Shown piece after piece: positions 8,976-18,720 of a stretch of DNA of 64,000 nucleotides. Numbering within the stretch: position 1 is the stretch's first letter; every line of letters begins with the position of its first letter. Source of the stretch: a virus; IMG/VR virus record IMGVR_UViG_3300021197_001743, positions 56,039-120,038 of that record, one strand, 5' to 3'. The notes beneath the pieces are model-generated. The model did not search any database and was not told the origin of the DNA. It worked only from the letters and a program-made list of their open reading frames with translations. A program made the translations under genes and the position numbers.

Positions 8976-10679
8976 ATGTCTATTATAGAAAAATTAACCG
9001 AAGGTATTGTAAACCGTGACTTGGCTCAAGAAGGCGCTGCTCTTCTTAACAAATGGTCTCAAACCGGTTTACTTGAAGGCCTTCAAAATGATACTGACAA
9101 GTCTAACATGGCTCGTCTTCTTGAAAATCAAGCAAAAGAACTTCTTCGTGAGTCTAGCTCTATGGCTGGTCAATCTATTGAAGGTTTCGCTGCTGTTGCT
9201 TTTCCAATTGTTCGTCGTGTATTCGCCGGACTGATCGCTAACGATCTTGTTAGTGTTCAACCAATGTCTCTTCCAAGTGGTCTTATCTTCTTCTTGGATT
9301 TCTCTTACAATTCAAGCCGTCTTGGAAACACCGCTGGTGAATCTATTTATGGTGGTGGACAATTGGCTAAGGGAATTGCTGATGGTGTAAGTTTGGCTGG
9401 AGCAAATGCTGAAACTAGTGCATACGCTCTTAACAATGGCTATGCTTCTCCAACCGGTTCTATCACAATCACTACTACTATTGTAGCTTCTGGTTCGGTA
9501 ACTGACGGTGGTGTTCCAGTATTTGATGGTGGGGCTAACTCAGACATCAGACTTCTTCGTTTCGACGCTGACCTAGTTAGCGGTTCTGCCTTCGCAGTAG
9601 CTTCTGTTCCTCTTACTGAGATTGAAGCTACAGCTGGTCAATTCAACGAAGATGATTATGTTGCTATCCTACTGACCGGAAATGCTGATGGACGTCAAGT
9701 TCGTCGTCTTACACGAGTTGATGAAAATGATGCTACACAACTTCTAATCATCGTTAACGCTTCTGGTTCAGAAACTTCCGACACATTGTCTTCTTCTTTA
9801 GACGCCGTTGTTGCTTGTACTGCTCCTATCAAAGACAACTTGGAAACTGGTGGTGCTCTCGGTTCTGTAATCGGTAATGCTACTTGGGGACTTGAAAACG
9901 AAGCTAACATTCCTGAAATCGACATCAAAGTTGATTCTATTGCAATTACAGCTGTAACCAAGAAGTTGAAAGCAAAGTGGACTCCTGAATTGGGACAAGA
10001 CTTGAATGCTTACCACAACTTGGATGCTGAAGTTGAATTAACTTCTATCTTGTCTGAGCAAATCGCTCTTGAAATCGACCGTGAAATCATGGAAGATCTC
10101 GTTAAGGGTGGAACTGCTTCGACTTATTACTGGTCTCGTTCTCCCGGAATGTTCTTGAACCGCGAAACTGGTGCTGAAGTTGGTGCTCAAGCTTCTGCTC
10201 CTGACTTCACCGGTACTGTTTCTGAATGGTATGAGACTTTGATTGAAACTATCAATGATGTTTCAGCTCAAATTCACAGAAAGACACTTCGTGGCGGAGC
10301 TAACTTTGTTGTTGTTTCTCCTGAAGTTGCTAACATTCTTGAATTCACTGCTGGATTCCGTGCTAATGTTACTGCTGATGCAGACAAAGGCGATATCGGG
10401 GCAGTTAAGGTTGGTTCTTTGAACCGTAAGTTCGACGTTATTGTTGACCCTTACTTCCCACGTAATGCTGTTCTTGTTGGACGTAAAGGAAGTTCTTTCC
10501 TTGAGTCTGGATACGTATATGCTCCGTATGTACCTCTCCAAACTACTCCAACTATCTTCGGGCCTGAAGACTTCGTTCCTCGTAAAGGGGTAATGACTCG
10601 TTATGCTAAGAAGATGGTTCGTCCTGACATGTACGGTCTTGTTATCGTTCGTGGACTTCTTGGTGAGTCTGGATCCTAA
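8976..10679 (+). CDS. gp23: major capsid protein, T4 gp23-like
   Basis: LVSVQPMSLPSGLIFFL, KLKAKWTPELGQDLNAYHNLDAEVELTSILSEQIALEIDREI, YAPYVPL, PRKGVMTRY. Confidence 0.95.
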   Translation: MSIIEKLTEGIVNRDLAQEGAALLNKWSQTGLLEGLQNDTDKSNMARLLENQAKELLRESSSMAGQSIEGFAAVAFPIVRRVFAGLIANDLVSVQPMSLPSGLIFFLDFSYNSSRLGNTAGESIYGGGQLAKGIADGVSLAGANAETSAYALNNGYASPTGSITITTTIVASGSVTDGGVPVFDGGANSDIRLLRFDADLVSGSAFAVASVPLTEIEATAGQFNEDDYVAILLTGNADGRQVRRLTRVDENDATQLLIIVNASGSETSDTLSSSLDAVVACTAPIKDNLETGGALGSVIGNATWGLENEANIPEIDIKVDSIAITAVTKKLKAKWTPELGQDLNAYHNLDAEVELTSILSEQIALEIDREIMEDLVKGGTASTYYWSRSPGMFLNRETGAEVGAQASAPDFTGTVSEWYETLIETINDVSAQIHRKTLRGGANFVVVSPEVANILEFTAGFRANVTADADKGDIGAVKVGSLNRKFDVIVDPYFPRNAVLVGRKGSSFLESGYVYAPYVPLQTTPTIFGPEDFVPRKGVMTRYAKKMVRPDMYGLVIVRGLLGESGS

Positions 10680-10705
10680 TCTATAATTGATTAGTCCAAA
10701 AAGAT

Positions 10706-10745
10706 GCCCTCCGTTCCGCAAGGTTCGGGGGGTTTTTCTTTTATT
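10706..10745 (+). terminator. Rho-independent terminator after the capsid gene
   Basis: CCCTCCG..CC-GCAA-GG..CGGGGGG followed by a T run. Confidence 0.75.
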
Positions 10746-10820
10746 TCAAAACTTTTTATAAAGAACATTGGTCTCTCCTCAGCTCTACAAAAGCTTGTGG
10801 GGAGATTTCTTTATTTAGAT

Positions 10821-10828
10821 ACTATTTA
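10821..10828 (+). promoter_or_regulatory. putative late promoter motif ACTATTTA
   Basis: 20 nt before ATG 10849. Confidence 0.55.
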
Positions 10829-10848
10829 ATAAAGTCTAGGAGATAATC

Positions 10849-11172
10849 ATGGGTAGAAAAAAGAAAAGAATTAAACTGGCTCTCAAGAGAGAAATGAGAA
10901 GCGCAGCAGCCAACGCGGTATTGCACCAAGAAAATTCTGTTGTCCAAGAAATTATGAAAGAGCAGATTGCTGAAGAAGTAATGAAAGAGCAGATTGCTGA
11001 AGAAGTAAAGGAAGAACAGATTGCCGAGGTTGCAATAGAAGAAGCTCCGGAACAAGCAAAAGAAGAAAGTGCCACTGTTGCGAAAAAGTATGTTGCGAAA
11101 AAACCTGCTGGGAAGAAGACTGCTCGAAAGAAAAACAATCCGAGACGCAAGAAAAATAACTCCTCCAAATAA
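10849..11172 (+). CDS. small protein with basic termini and an acidic repeat core
   Basis: AGGAG RBS; MGRKKKR start, MKEQIAEEV repeats (27-bp unit at 10954 and 10981), Lys-rich tail. Confidence 0.65.
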   Translation: MGRKKKRIKLALKREMRSAAANAVLHQENSVVQEIMKEQIAEEVMKEQIAEEVKEEQIAEVAIEEAPEQAKEESATVAKKYVAKKPAGKKTARKKNNPRRKKNNSSK

Positions 11173-11188
11173 TAGTACTATACAACTG

Positions 11189-11222
11189 CAAACCTCCGTC
11201 CTCTAAAGTTCGGAGGTTTCTG
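11189..11222 (+). terminator. putative terminator
   Basis: AAACCTCCG...CGGAGGTTT inverted repeat. Confidence 0.6.
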
Positions 11223-11231
11223 TTAGTTCGA

Positions 11232-11239
11232 ACTATTTA
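11232..11239 (+). promoter_or_regulatory. putative late promoter motif ACTATTTA
   Basis: Upstream of the neck genes. Confidence 0.55.
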
Positions 11240-11260
11240 CGTTTAGCGGAGGATTAATAC

Positions 11261-12508
11261 ATGAGTTTCCCAAGTTTAACACCAACGTCGACTGTGTCGG
11301 CAATAACTCTACCAGCCACTGGTACTGTTAGTAGCGTTGCTCCATCGTTGGCAATTGGATTTTATAGTGGAAGTGCTAGCTTTCTAAGTGGTGCGTCTGC
11401 TCAGGTTGCCTATACATACAAGAGGCTCGGCGGCGACGTTCTGGATATTGAAATAAAAGCAGAAAACGTTTATAATCATTACGAGGAAGCTGTATTAGAA
11501 TACTCCTACATTGTGAACCTTCACCAAGCAAGAAACGCACTAGGAAGTGCTCTCGGTGGAGAAACAGGATCCTTTGATCACCAAGGAAACGTGTCAGGTA
11601 CCGATGACAAGGCTCTAAAGTATCCCAAATTCCTATTTGATTATGCTTTTAGAGTGGCTGATAAGTTTTCATCTGAGGCCATGGTTGGAGGAACAACTCC
11701 TTTATATTCCGCTTCTTTTGATAGAGTAGCCATGCAGCAAGACTATGATTTACAACAGATCGTTAGTGCCTCTGCAGCCTCAGGTTCTGTTCCTTATGCT
11801 GATTTCGTTGGGAACAAAAGAATTAAAATCCGTCAAGTTTATTACGTAACTCCTCGTCAAATGTGGAGGTTCTATGGATATTATGGTGGACTTAATGTTA
11901 CCGGTGATATGCACAACTATGGACAGTATGCAGATGATTCATCATTTCAAGTGATACCTGTGTGGCAAAATAAGATACAAGCTATACAATACGAAGATCA
12001 CCTGTACACAAGAACATCCCACTATAGCTATGAAATAAATGACAATAAGCTTCGGATATATCCAACGCCCGATGAAGTGTCTCCAACAAAATTCTGGTTT
12101 AGATTTGATGTTGAGGACAATGATGCATACGCAACCGGCTCGTATGATAATGGTATCGATGGAATTAACAACATTAACACGCTACCGTTTGAGAATATAG
12201 CGTTCAATAAAATTAATTCTATGGGGCAACAATGGATCAGAAGGTTCGCCCTAGCATTATCAAAAGAAACCCTTGGGCAAGTACGTGGGAAGTTCGGCAA
12301 CACCGTTCCAATCCCCGGAGATAGCGTTTCGCTCAATGCCTCTGACTTATTAAGTCAAGCAGCAACCGAGCAGGCTACCTTGAGAGAAGAGCTCAACAAA
12401 CAATTGGATGAAACACTTTACGCTAAGTTAGCGGAGACTGACAAGGCCTTTATCGACAACACTGACGCTATTGTTGCCAAGGCTCCACTTAAGATATACG
12501 TGGGATAA
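11261..12508 (+). CDS. neck protein, T4 gp13-like
   Basis: YKRLGGDVLDIE..EEAVLEY, WIRRFALALSKETLGQVRGKF..PG..V.LN; position after the capsid gene. Confidence 0.75.
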   Translation: MSFPSLTPTSTVSAITLPATGTVSSVAPSLAIGFYSGSASFLSGASAQVAYTYKRLGGDVLDIEIKAENVYNHYEEAVLEYSYIVNLHQARNALGSALGGETGSFDHQGNVSGTDDKALKYPKFLFDYAFRVADKFSSEAMVGGTTPLYSASFDRVAMQQDYDLQQIVSASAASGSVPYADFVGNKRIKIRQVYYVTPRQMWRFYGYYGGLNVTGDMHNYGQYADDSSFQVIPVWQNKIQAIQYEDHLYTRTSHYSYEINDNKLRIYPTPDEVSPTKFWFRFDVEDNDAYATGSYDNGIDGINNINTLPFENIAFNKINSMGQQWIRRFALALSKETLGQVRGKFGNTVPIPGDSVSLNASDLLSQAATEQATLREELNKQLDETLYAKLAETDKAFIDNTDAIVAKAPLKIYVG

Positions 12509-12512
12509 ATAG

Positions 12513-12998
12513 ATGGGAAAATGGACAAGACCAACGCAACCTCCGCCACCACTTTTCTTGGGGGAGAAAGAAAAAAACCTTGTTAAACAAGTTAACGATG
12601 AAATAATTGAACGCGTTGTTGGCCAGCAAGTTTTATATTTCCCAATTGACATAGAGCACACTGATTATCATCCCCTTTATGGAGAAGCGATAGAAAAGAC
12701 CTTTTTACACCCAATCCGAGTATATGCATTGGTGGACTATCAAGGAGTCGAAACCTCGGACATGGATAACTTCGCAATTGATAAAGCGACAAAAATAAAG
12801 ATTAACTTTCATAAGCGTCGCTTAACCGAGGATCAAAATCTTTTCGTAAGAGAGGGAGATTTTGTTAGGTTTGGAGATATCTACTATGAGATTGTTAAAC
12901 TAATTGAGCCAAAATTATTATTTGGACAACCAGAATCTCGATTTGAGATCCAAGCAGAATGTATAAGAGCAAGGGACGGACTATTCAATGCAGAGTGA
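12513..12998 (+). CDS. neck/head-closure protein, gp14-like
   Basis: EIIERVVGQQVLYF, HPLYGEA, VREGDFV..GDIYYEI. Confidence 0.65.
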   Translation: MGKWTRPTQPPPPLFLGEKEKNLVKQVNDEIIERVVGQQVLYFPIDIEHTDYHPLYGEAIEKTFLHPIRVYALVDYQGVETSDMDNFAIDKATKIKINFHKRRLTEDQNLFVREGDFVRFGDIYYEIVKLIEPKLLFGQPESRFEIQAECIRARDGLFNAE

Positions 12999-13881
12999 AG
13001 AGATAATTCAAATTGTACCATCAACATTGGAAACTATTGATACCGCGGTGTTTAGGTTTGTGGATGAAAGATTAAATGTGCACACAACAACAAACCGGGG
13101 TTTAACAAAAGTACCTGTTCTCTGGCTTGGTACCGAGAGGGCACACCAGATAAAAAACAATAAAGACCTAAGAGACAAGGTTGGAAAGCTAAAATTACCA
13201 TTGATTACAGTTAGTAGAAGTAGTGTATCGCGAGATGACGACTTCAGAGGATCATACCAGTCTTATTATCCGCCAACAAAAGGTCCTGAAGGTGGAAGGA
13301 CGGCAATCACTAAGATCATTAAGCAAGAAAAGACAAGAAACTTTGCTAATGCTGCTGAGAACAAAAGAAACAAAGGGAACGAGACAGGTCCCGCTGTTAA
13401 TAATAAAATTGTATATGAAACCATATTGGTACCTAAGCCAACTTATATCACCTGCATGTTTGAGATTAACATAAGAACCGAATACCAACAACAGATGAAT
13501 GACATCCTTCCAGTCATGATTATTGATCAAAAAAACGTTGAAATCATCGGACACGATGGATATCAATATGAGTTGTTTGTTCAAGCAGACTACTCCATCA
13601 ACAACAACATTAACACCTTAGGATCGGACGAAAGAATGTTTACTGCTAAAGTAAGCTTCAAAGTACTTGGGTACCTCATAGGTGATGGAGAAAATGGTAG
13701 CGTCCCAAGCATTATCAGAAAACAAAATGCTGTTAGCATAACTGTTTCCCGTGAGCGGATTGTAACAAATTTACCATCCAATAATCCCCCAGAAGATGCT
13801 TTAAATACTAGTACTCGATTGCCGATCAAGGGAGTGACAGGGAAAAGAAGCACATCGCCTTGGAATTCAATTGAAGATTAG
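12988..13881 (+). CDS. tail terminator/sheath stabiliser, gp15-like
   Basis: Synteny between neck and sheath; KVPVL, LKLPLITV, P.YI...FEINIRT..QQQMN. Confidence 0.55.
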   Translation: MQSEEIIQIVPSTLETIDTAVFRFVDERLNVHTTTNRGLTKVPVLWLGTERAHQIKNNKDLRDKVGKLKLPLITVSRSSVSRDDDFRGSYQSYYPPTKGPEGGRTAITKIIKQEKTRNFANAAENKRNKGNETGPAVNNKIVYETILVPKPTYITCMFEINIRTEYQQQMNDILPVMIIDQKNVEIIGHDGYQYELFVQADYSINNNINTLGSDERMFTAKVSFKVLGYLIGDGENGSVPSIIRKQNAVSITVSRERIVTNLPSNNPPEDALNTSTRLPIKGVTGKRSTSPWNSIED

Positions 13882-13946
13882 TCCTCTAGAGGATCTATGA
13901 AAGAGATTGGTAAATATAGAGAAATTTGACTTTCGCTATTTAATAA

Positions 13947-13954
13947 ACTATTTA
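13947..13954 (+). promoter_or_regulatory. putative late promoter motif ACTATTTA
   Basis: Upstream of the sheath; a second copy GCTATTTA at 13935. Confidence 0.55.
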
Positions 13955-13985
13955 ATAGGAATAATGTATTGAAGGAGTATTATTA

Positions 13986-16742
13986 ATGCCTACGAAATTT
14001 GACTTTGTTTCTCCCGGGATTCAACTACGAGAAATTGACGAATCACAACTTCCAGAAGCGCAAGAAGCCGATGGTATTCTCTTAATTGGTCGTGCACGAA
14101 GCGGCCCCGCGATGAAACCTGTAAAAGTTAAGAATCTTAACGATTTTATCGACACTTTTGGAAGACCAATTGATGGTGTCCGCCAAGATGACCCATGGAG
14201 AGAAGGAAACACTGCTGCTCCAAACTATGCTGCTTATGCTGCTCAAGCATACCTCGCTGCTGGTGTTGGTCCCGTTAAATATGTTCGACTTCTCGGTCTG
14301 TCTAAAAACGCTACTGCTGGAAATGAAGCAGGGTGGACAATGGGCAGTAATCTAAGTAATACAATTGCTAGCAATGCGGCTGCTTATGGACTTTTCCTTA
14401 CACCTTCTGCATCTGCTGGAACTGTTGATGCTACTCTAGCGGCTGTCTTTTATGTTTCTGGCGCTGCTGTTGCATTGAGTGGTACTGTAGTTGGTGCTGC
14501 CGCTGCTGTTTCTGCTAGTGCATTGATGGCCAGCTCTGGTGATAATTACGGTTTTAATCTTGCTATTTCTAGTAGTGGTGGTGAAACCATCCACAGTATT
14601 AACTTTAATGATACAAGTGCTCAATACATCCGTACTGTATTAAATACTGACCCTACTAAATTTTATAATTCTGCCAATTATCAATTGACTGATGTTCCTT
14701 ACTTCCTCGGTGAAACTTATGACGTTAACGTAAGTCGTTTAGTTTCTAGTTCTGCTGGAAATGTATATGGCTTCATCGCTGGTCTTGAGAACTCCGGAAC
14801 AGGACTTGATGACTTCCAAAACGAATTAACTGCTGCAAAAAGTGGATGGTTTATTGGTGCTCAGCCTACTCAAAAGTATCTTTTCCGCTTGATTGCCATG
14901 GATGACGGCGAAGAGTTCGAAAACAATTACTACTGTCGGATCAAAGATATTAAATTGGCCACATCTCTTCAGCCAAGCGCTGCTTTCACTCTTGAAATAG
15001 TTAAGAGAGTTTCTGGTGGTCGCGATACAGTTATCGAGCAATACTCAAATCTGTCTTTGGATGTCAACAGTGCAAACTATATCTCTAAAAGAATTGGAGA
15101 CGAAGACCAAAGTTGGAACGAAACAACTCAGAGAATGGACATTACAGGTAAATACCCTAATGTTTCAAACCTTGTTAGAGTTGAAGTAGCTGCTGATCTT
15201 AATAAGTCAGATGTTCCTTTCGGATTTCTTGGACCAGCTGTTTTGGCAGCTCAGACAATGATCGGTGGTGCAGCAACTTCTTTAGGCTGGATCCACGGAG
15301 GCAACACTATTGCCCTTGGTAATGGAGCCGGAGAACTTATCGAAGGTTGGCCTGCGAGCTATACTGCATCTGTTGCTTTCCCAACAATGAAGCTTACTAC
15401 CACCGGAACAAAAGCCAACGGTACAGCTGCTGGTGGAGATTATGCATACACAGATTACTTTGGACTTCATCACATGAAATCTAATCGTCGTAATCACGAT
15501 AACAGCATCAGAGATCTTGCAAGACTTCGAAGCGCTGTTGATCCTCACCTGAGCGAAGGAGCAGCATTTTCTGGTGCTTCATTCACATTTACTCTCGACG
15601 ATATCGTATCTAGTTCAGCTGGTGCAACATCTTATTACTTCAGTGCCGGGACTTATACCGGTGGAACCAGTATATCAGCCCTTAGTGGATTGACTGGAGC
15701 TACTGGTCTTATCGACGGATTGAAAATAAAGCAATTCAATGCTCCATTCTTTGGTGGCTTTGATGGTGTCGATGTGCGTTATGCAGACCCATTCAGTACT
15801 GCTAGAATTGAAAATGGTACCGATAAGTATCCAGCTTGGTCCGTTGAGCAAGCCTTGGAGATGGTTCGAGACCAAGACCAAATTCGTTATGAATTAATCT
15901 CAATGCCCGGCCTTTTAGCTGAGGCTCCCGGAGAGACTTTATTAGATATCGTAACTACTCGTGGAGATGCATTGGCCATCATGGACATCAAAGGAATTGC
16001 TAGAGACACTTGGGATTCCGAAGGTGCTGCATCTGCTGCCTCTATTAATGACATTACATCTAATCTAGATACTAGACAGATTGATTCTTCTTATGCTGCT
16101 ACATATTTTCCAAATGTTCGTCTTCGCGACACACTATCTGGAAATGGCACCGTCTTGATTGCTCCGCCATCAGTTGCTGCTATTGGCGCCATTGCTAAAT
16201 CTGAGAACCTTACTCAACCTTGGTTCGCTCCTGCTGGTTTCAATCGTGGTGGGCTTGCTCGCCTTGGTGGTTCAAGCGGACCATCTGTTGTTGGAACTTC
16301 ATTGCATCTTACAAAAGATGATCGCGATGTTCTATACGCGGCGAACATTAATCCAATCGCTAGGTTTCCTTCAACAGGGGACACTGTGATCTTTGGACAA
16401 AAGACACTGCAACAAACACCATCGGCTCTTGATCGTATTAACGTTCGTCGCTTGATGATTTATCTAAAGAGACAAATTGGAATTATTGCCGATACCATCT
16501 TGTTCGACCAAAACGTTCAAGTAACTTGGAATAGATTCAAGTCTCAAGCAAACAGTGTTCTTTCATCTGTCCAAGCTGAATTGGGTATCACCGAGTACAA
16601 ATTGGTTTTAGATGAAACCACTACAACTGCTGATCTTATCGATCGCAATATCTTATACGCTAAGATTTTCGTTAAGCCTGCTCGAGCAATCGAATTCATC
16701 GCTATTGACTTCGTCATCACTCGAACAAGTGTAGAATTTTAA
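13986..16742 (+). CDS. gp18: contractile tail sheath protein
   Basis: FVSPGIQLREID, PWFAPAGFNRG, INPIARFP, FGQKTLQ..PSALDRINVRRL, KPARAIEFIAIDF. Confidence 0.95.
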   Translation: MPTKFDFVSPGIQLREIDESQLPEAQEADGILLIGRARSGPAMKPVKVKNLNDFIDTFGRPIDGVRQDDPWREGNTAAPNYAAYAAQAYLAAGVGPVKYVRLLGLSKNATAGNEAGWTMGSNLSNTIASNAAAYGLFLTPSASAGTVDATLAAVFYVSGAAVALSGTVVGAAAAVSASALMASSGDNYGFNLAISSSGGETIHSINFNDTSAQYIRTVLNTDPTKFYNSANYQLTDVPYFLGETYDVNVSRLVSSSAGNVYGFIAGLENSGTGLDDFQNELTAAKSGWFIGAQPTQKYLFRLIAMDDGEEFENNYYCRIKDIKLATSLQPSAAFTLEIVKRVSGGRDTVIEQYSNLSLDVNSANYISKRIGDEDQSWNETTQRMDITGKYPNVSNLVRVEVAADLNKSDVPFGFLGPAVLAAQTMIGGAATSLGWIHGGNTIALGNGAGELIEGWPASYTASVAFPTMKLTTTGTKANGTAAGGDYAYTDYFGLHHMKSNRRNHDNSIRDLARLRSAVDPHLSEGAAFSGASFTFTLDDIVSSSAGATSYYFSAGTYTGGTSISALSGLTGATGLIDGLKIKQFNAPFFGGFDGVDVRYADPFSTARIENGTDKYPAWSVEQALEMVRDQDQIRYELISMPGLLAEAPGETLLDIVTTRGDALAIMDIKGIARDTWDSEGAASAASINDITSNLDTRQIDSSYAATYFPNVRLRDTLSGNGTVLIAPPSVAAIGAIAKSENLTQPWFAPAGFNRGGLARLGGSSGPSVVGTSLHLTKDDRDVLYAANINPIARFPSTGDTVIFGQKTLQQTPSALDRINVRRLMIYLKRQIGIIADTILFDQNVQVTWNRFKSQANSVLSSVQAELGITEYKLVLDETTTTADLIDRNILYAKIFVKPARAIEFIAIDFVITRTSVEF

Positions 16743-16748
16743 TAAGCC

Positions 16749-16756
16749 ACTAATTA
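16749..16756 (+). promoter_or_regulatory. putative late promoter motif ACTAATTA
   Basis: Upstream of the tail tube. Confidence 0.5.
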
Positions 16757-16776
16757 AATTATAGGAGACTAACATA

Positions 16777-17343
16777 ATGGCATTCTGGAAAGAAAACACA
16801 GTATCACCAAAAAGAAATTACCGATTTCAAATTCAATTCGGTCGTACAACAGACGGCGGATCTATCAGTCCATCGCAAGCATTTTGGTGGGCAAAGGATG
16901 TAAAAGTTCCTACTTTTTCTGTTGCTTCAGTAGAACACCACTATTTGGATAACAAGTATAACTTCCCCGGAAGAACTACTTGGGAAGATGTGTCTATGAG
17001 CCTTGTTGATCCAAGTGATCCGGACGCTGTTGAAATTATCTTAGATATGTTGAACAAGTCTGGCTATGCAGTAAAGGCTTTAGCTGATACTCCTGCTACT
17101 ATCGGAAAAGTAAAAGCAGCTCAAGTTGATGCTGTAATTACAATGCTCGACGAAGAAGGCTCAGCCATTGAAACTTGGACCCTGAACAATTGCTTTATTT
17201 TGAGTGCAGATCTTGGACAATATGATTATTCAAGCGATGAGCTTAGAGCTCTTTCTTTAACTCTTAAATACGATTGGGCAACATGCGAAATCGGCACGAA
17301 CACTTTCTTCCCAGCAGCTACAACTCCTAATTCTAACGCATAA
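16777..17343 (+). CDS. tail tube protein 1
   Basis: PKRNYRF, KYNFPGRTTWEDVSMSLVDP, IETWTLNN.F, DYSSDEL...LTLKYDWA. Confidence 0.85.
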   Translation: MAFWKENTVSPKRNYRFQIQFGRTTDGGSISPSQAFWWAKDVKVPTFSVASVEHHYLDNKYNFPGRTTWEDVSMSLVDPSDPDAVEIILDMLNKSGYAVKALADTPATIGKVKAAQVDAVITMLDEEGSAIETWTLNNCFILSADLGQYDYSSDELRALSLTLKYDWATCEIGTNTFFPAATTPNSNA

Positions 17344-17353
17344 TAGGTGAGCG

Positions 17354-17878
17354 ATGAGCTTCTGGAAAGAAAACAAGGCTGAACCCACCAGACAATTTAG
17401 ATTTACAATTGATGGATCTGGAATCTGGTGGTGGGCCAAAAGTGTCGATAAGCCGTCATTTGAAATAAACACAAGTGAGTATTTGTTGATCAACCATAAA
17501 TTTAAATATCCCGGCGTTCTTACATGGAACGATGTTAATATCTCTCTTGTAGATGTCGGCGACTCTCTTGTTAAAAGAATCAATGATGAGTATTTAAAGG
17601 CAGCCGGCTATACAAATCCGCAAATAAACAAAACAGGCATCCAGAAAAACGGATACGATGGAATAGGCGGAAATTTAATAATCAATCAGCTGGACAGCAA
17701 AGGGACGATCGTTGAAAAATGGCAACTAATGAATTCTTTCATCAAATCTATTAATTATGGAAGCTTGGATTATAGTTCAGATGAATTAGTACAAATAGAA
17801 ATGACAATAGCATATGACTATGCATTGCTCGGAGAAGAAACAACTGCCCAACCAGAGGGCTCTACTACTGACTCGTGA
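17354..17878 (+). CDS. tail tube protein 2 (paralog)
   Basis: Same motifs as tube 1: MSFWKEN, KYPGVLTWNDV, DYSSDELV. Confidence 0.8.
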   Translation: MSFWKENKAEPTRQFRFTIDGSGIWWWAKSVDKPSFEINTSEYLLINHKFKYPGVLTWNDVNISLVDVGDSLVKRINDEYLKAAGYTNPQINKTGIQKNGYDGIGGNLIINQLDSKGTIVEKWQLMNSFIKSINYGSLDYSSDELVQIEMTIAYDYALLGEETTAQPEGSTTDS

Positions 17879-17886
17879 GGTGAAAA

Positions 17887-18720
17887 TTGAGTAGAAACAA
17901 AGATCGGCTTGGCGGCCACAAGCCACAACATTCGGAGACACCAACTTTTAATCCATTGAACTTTGTTGCTCCAACCGAATTCGTAGAATTACCATCCAGA
18001 GGAAAGGGATATACCGATGACCACCCTCTTTGTGATGAAGAAACAATTGAGATCAAATTCATGACGGCAAAGGATGAAGACATTCTTACGTCCCACACTC
18101 TCTTGAAAAAAGGAATTGCGATCGATCGCTTCATTCAGAATATCTTGGTTGATAAAACAATTGACCCCGATACACTATTGATCGGTGATAAGAACGCAAT
18201 TTTGGTTGCAGCAAGAGCCAGCGGATATGGTCATGACTATGATGCAACAATAACTTGCCCAGAATGCACGAAGAAGTCGCAATTAATGTTTGATCTCCGG
18301 AGTCCCACCATTATCGGAAACCTAAATGTGGACCAAACAATAGTTTCCGAAGTTTCTCGCGGAAAATACATCACAAAAATGCCTTTGTCTCAATTTCAGA
18401 TTGAATTCCGCTTATTGACCGGCGCAGACGAGAGGTTCCTACAAGATAAGCTAAAAAATATCGCAGATAACAAAGAAGAAAACCTCTTGACAAGTCAATT
18501 CAAGAGAATTATTACATCAATTGAGGGGCATACCGACAGACCGATCATTGATCAATATGTTGATAATATGCCCACCGTTGATTCGAGACACTTCAAGATA
18601 TGTCTCAAAGCAGTAACTCCCAATATTGAAATCAAAGAGACATTCAAATGTCGAGCTTGTTCTTTTGAAAAGGAGGTCGATGTTCCTTTTGGAACTGACT
18701 TTTTTTGGCCTGACCTCTAA
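17887..18720 (+). CDS. tail/baseplate hub assembly chaperone (T4 gp26/gp51-like) with two CxxC pairs
   Basis: TTG start with GAGGTG RBS; ELPSRG, MTAKDEDIL, LLIGDKNAILVAAR..GYG, CPEC, CRAC; ends DFFWPDL. Confidence 0.7.
   Translation: MSRNKDRLGGHKPQHSETPTFNPLNFVAPTEFVELPSRGKGYTDDHPLCDEETIEIKFMTAKDEDILTSHTLLKKGIAIDRFIQNILVDKTIDPDTLLIGDKNAILVAARASGYGHDYDATITCPECTKKSQLMFDLRSPTIIGNLNVDQTIVSEVSRGKYITKMPLSQFQIEFRLLTGADERFLQDKLKNIADNKEENLLTSQFKRIITSIEGHTDRPIIDQYVDNMPTVDSRHFKICLKAVTPNIEIKETFKCRACSFEKEVDVPFGTDFFWPDL

Noticed and set aside
13882-13893. Perfect palindrome TCCTCTAGAGGA after the gp15-like gene
   Set aside because: Single occurrence with no loop or U tail; may be chance
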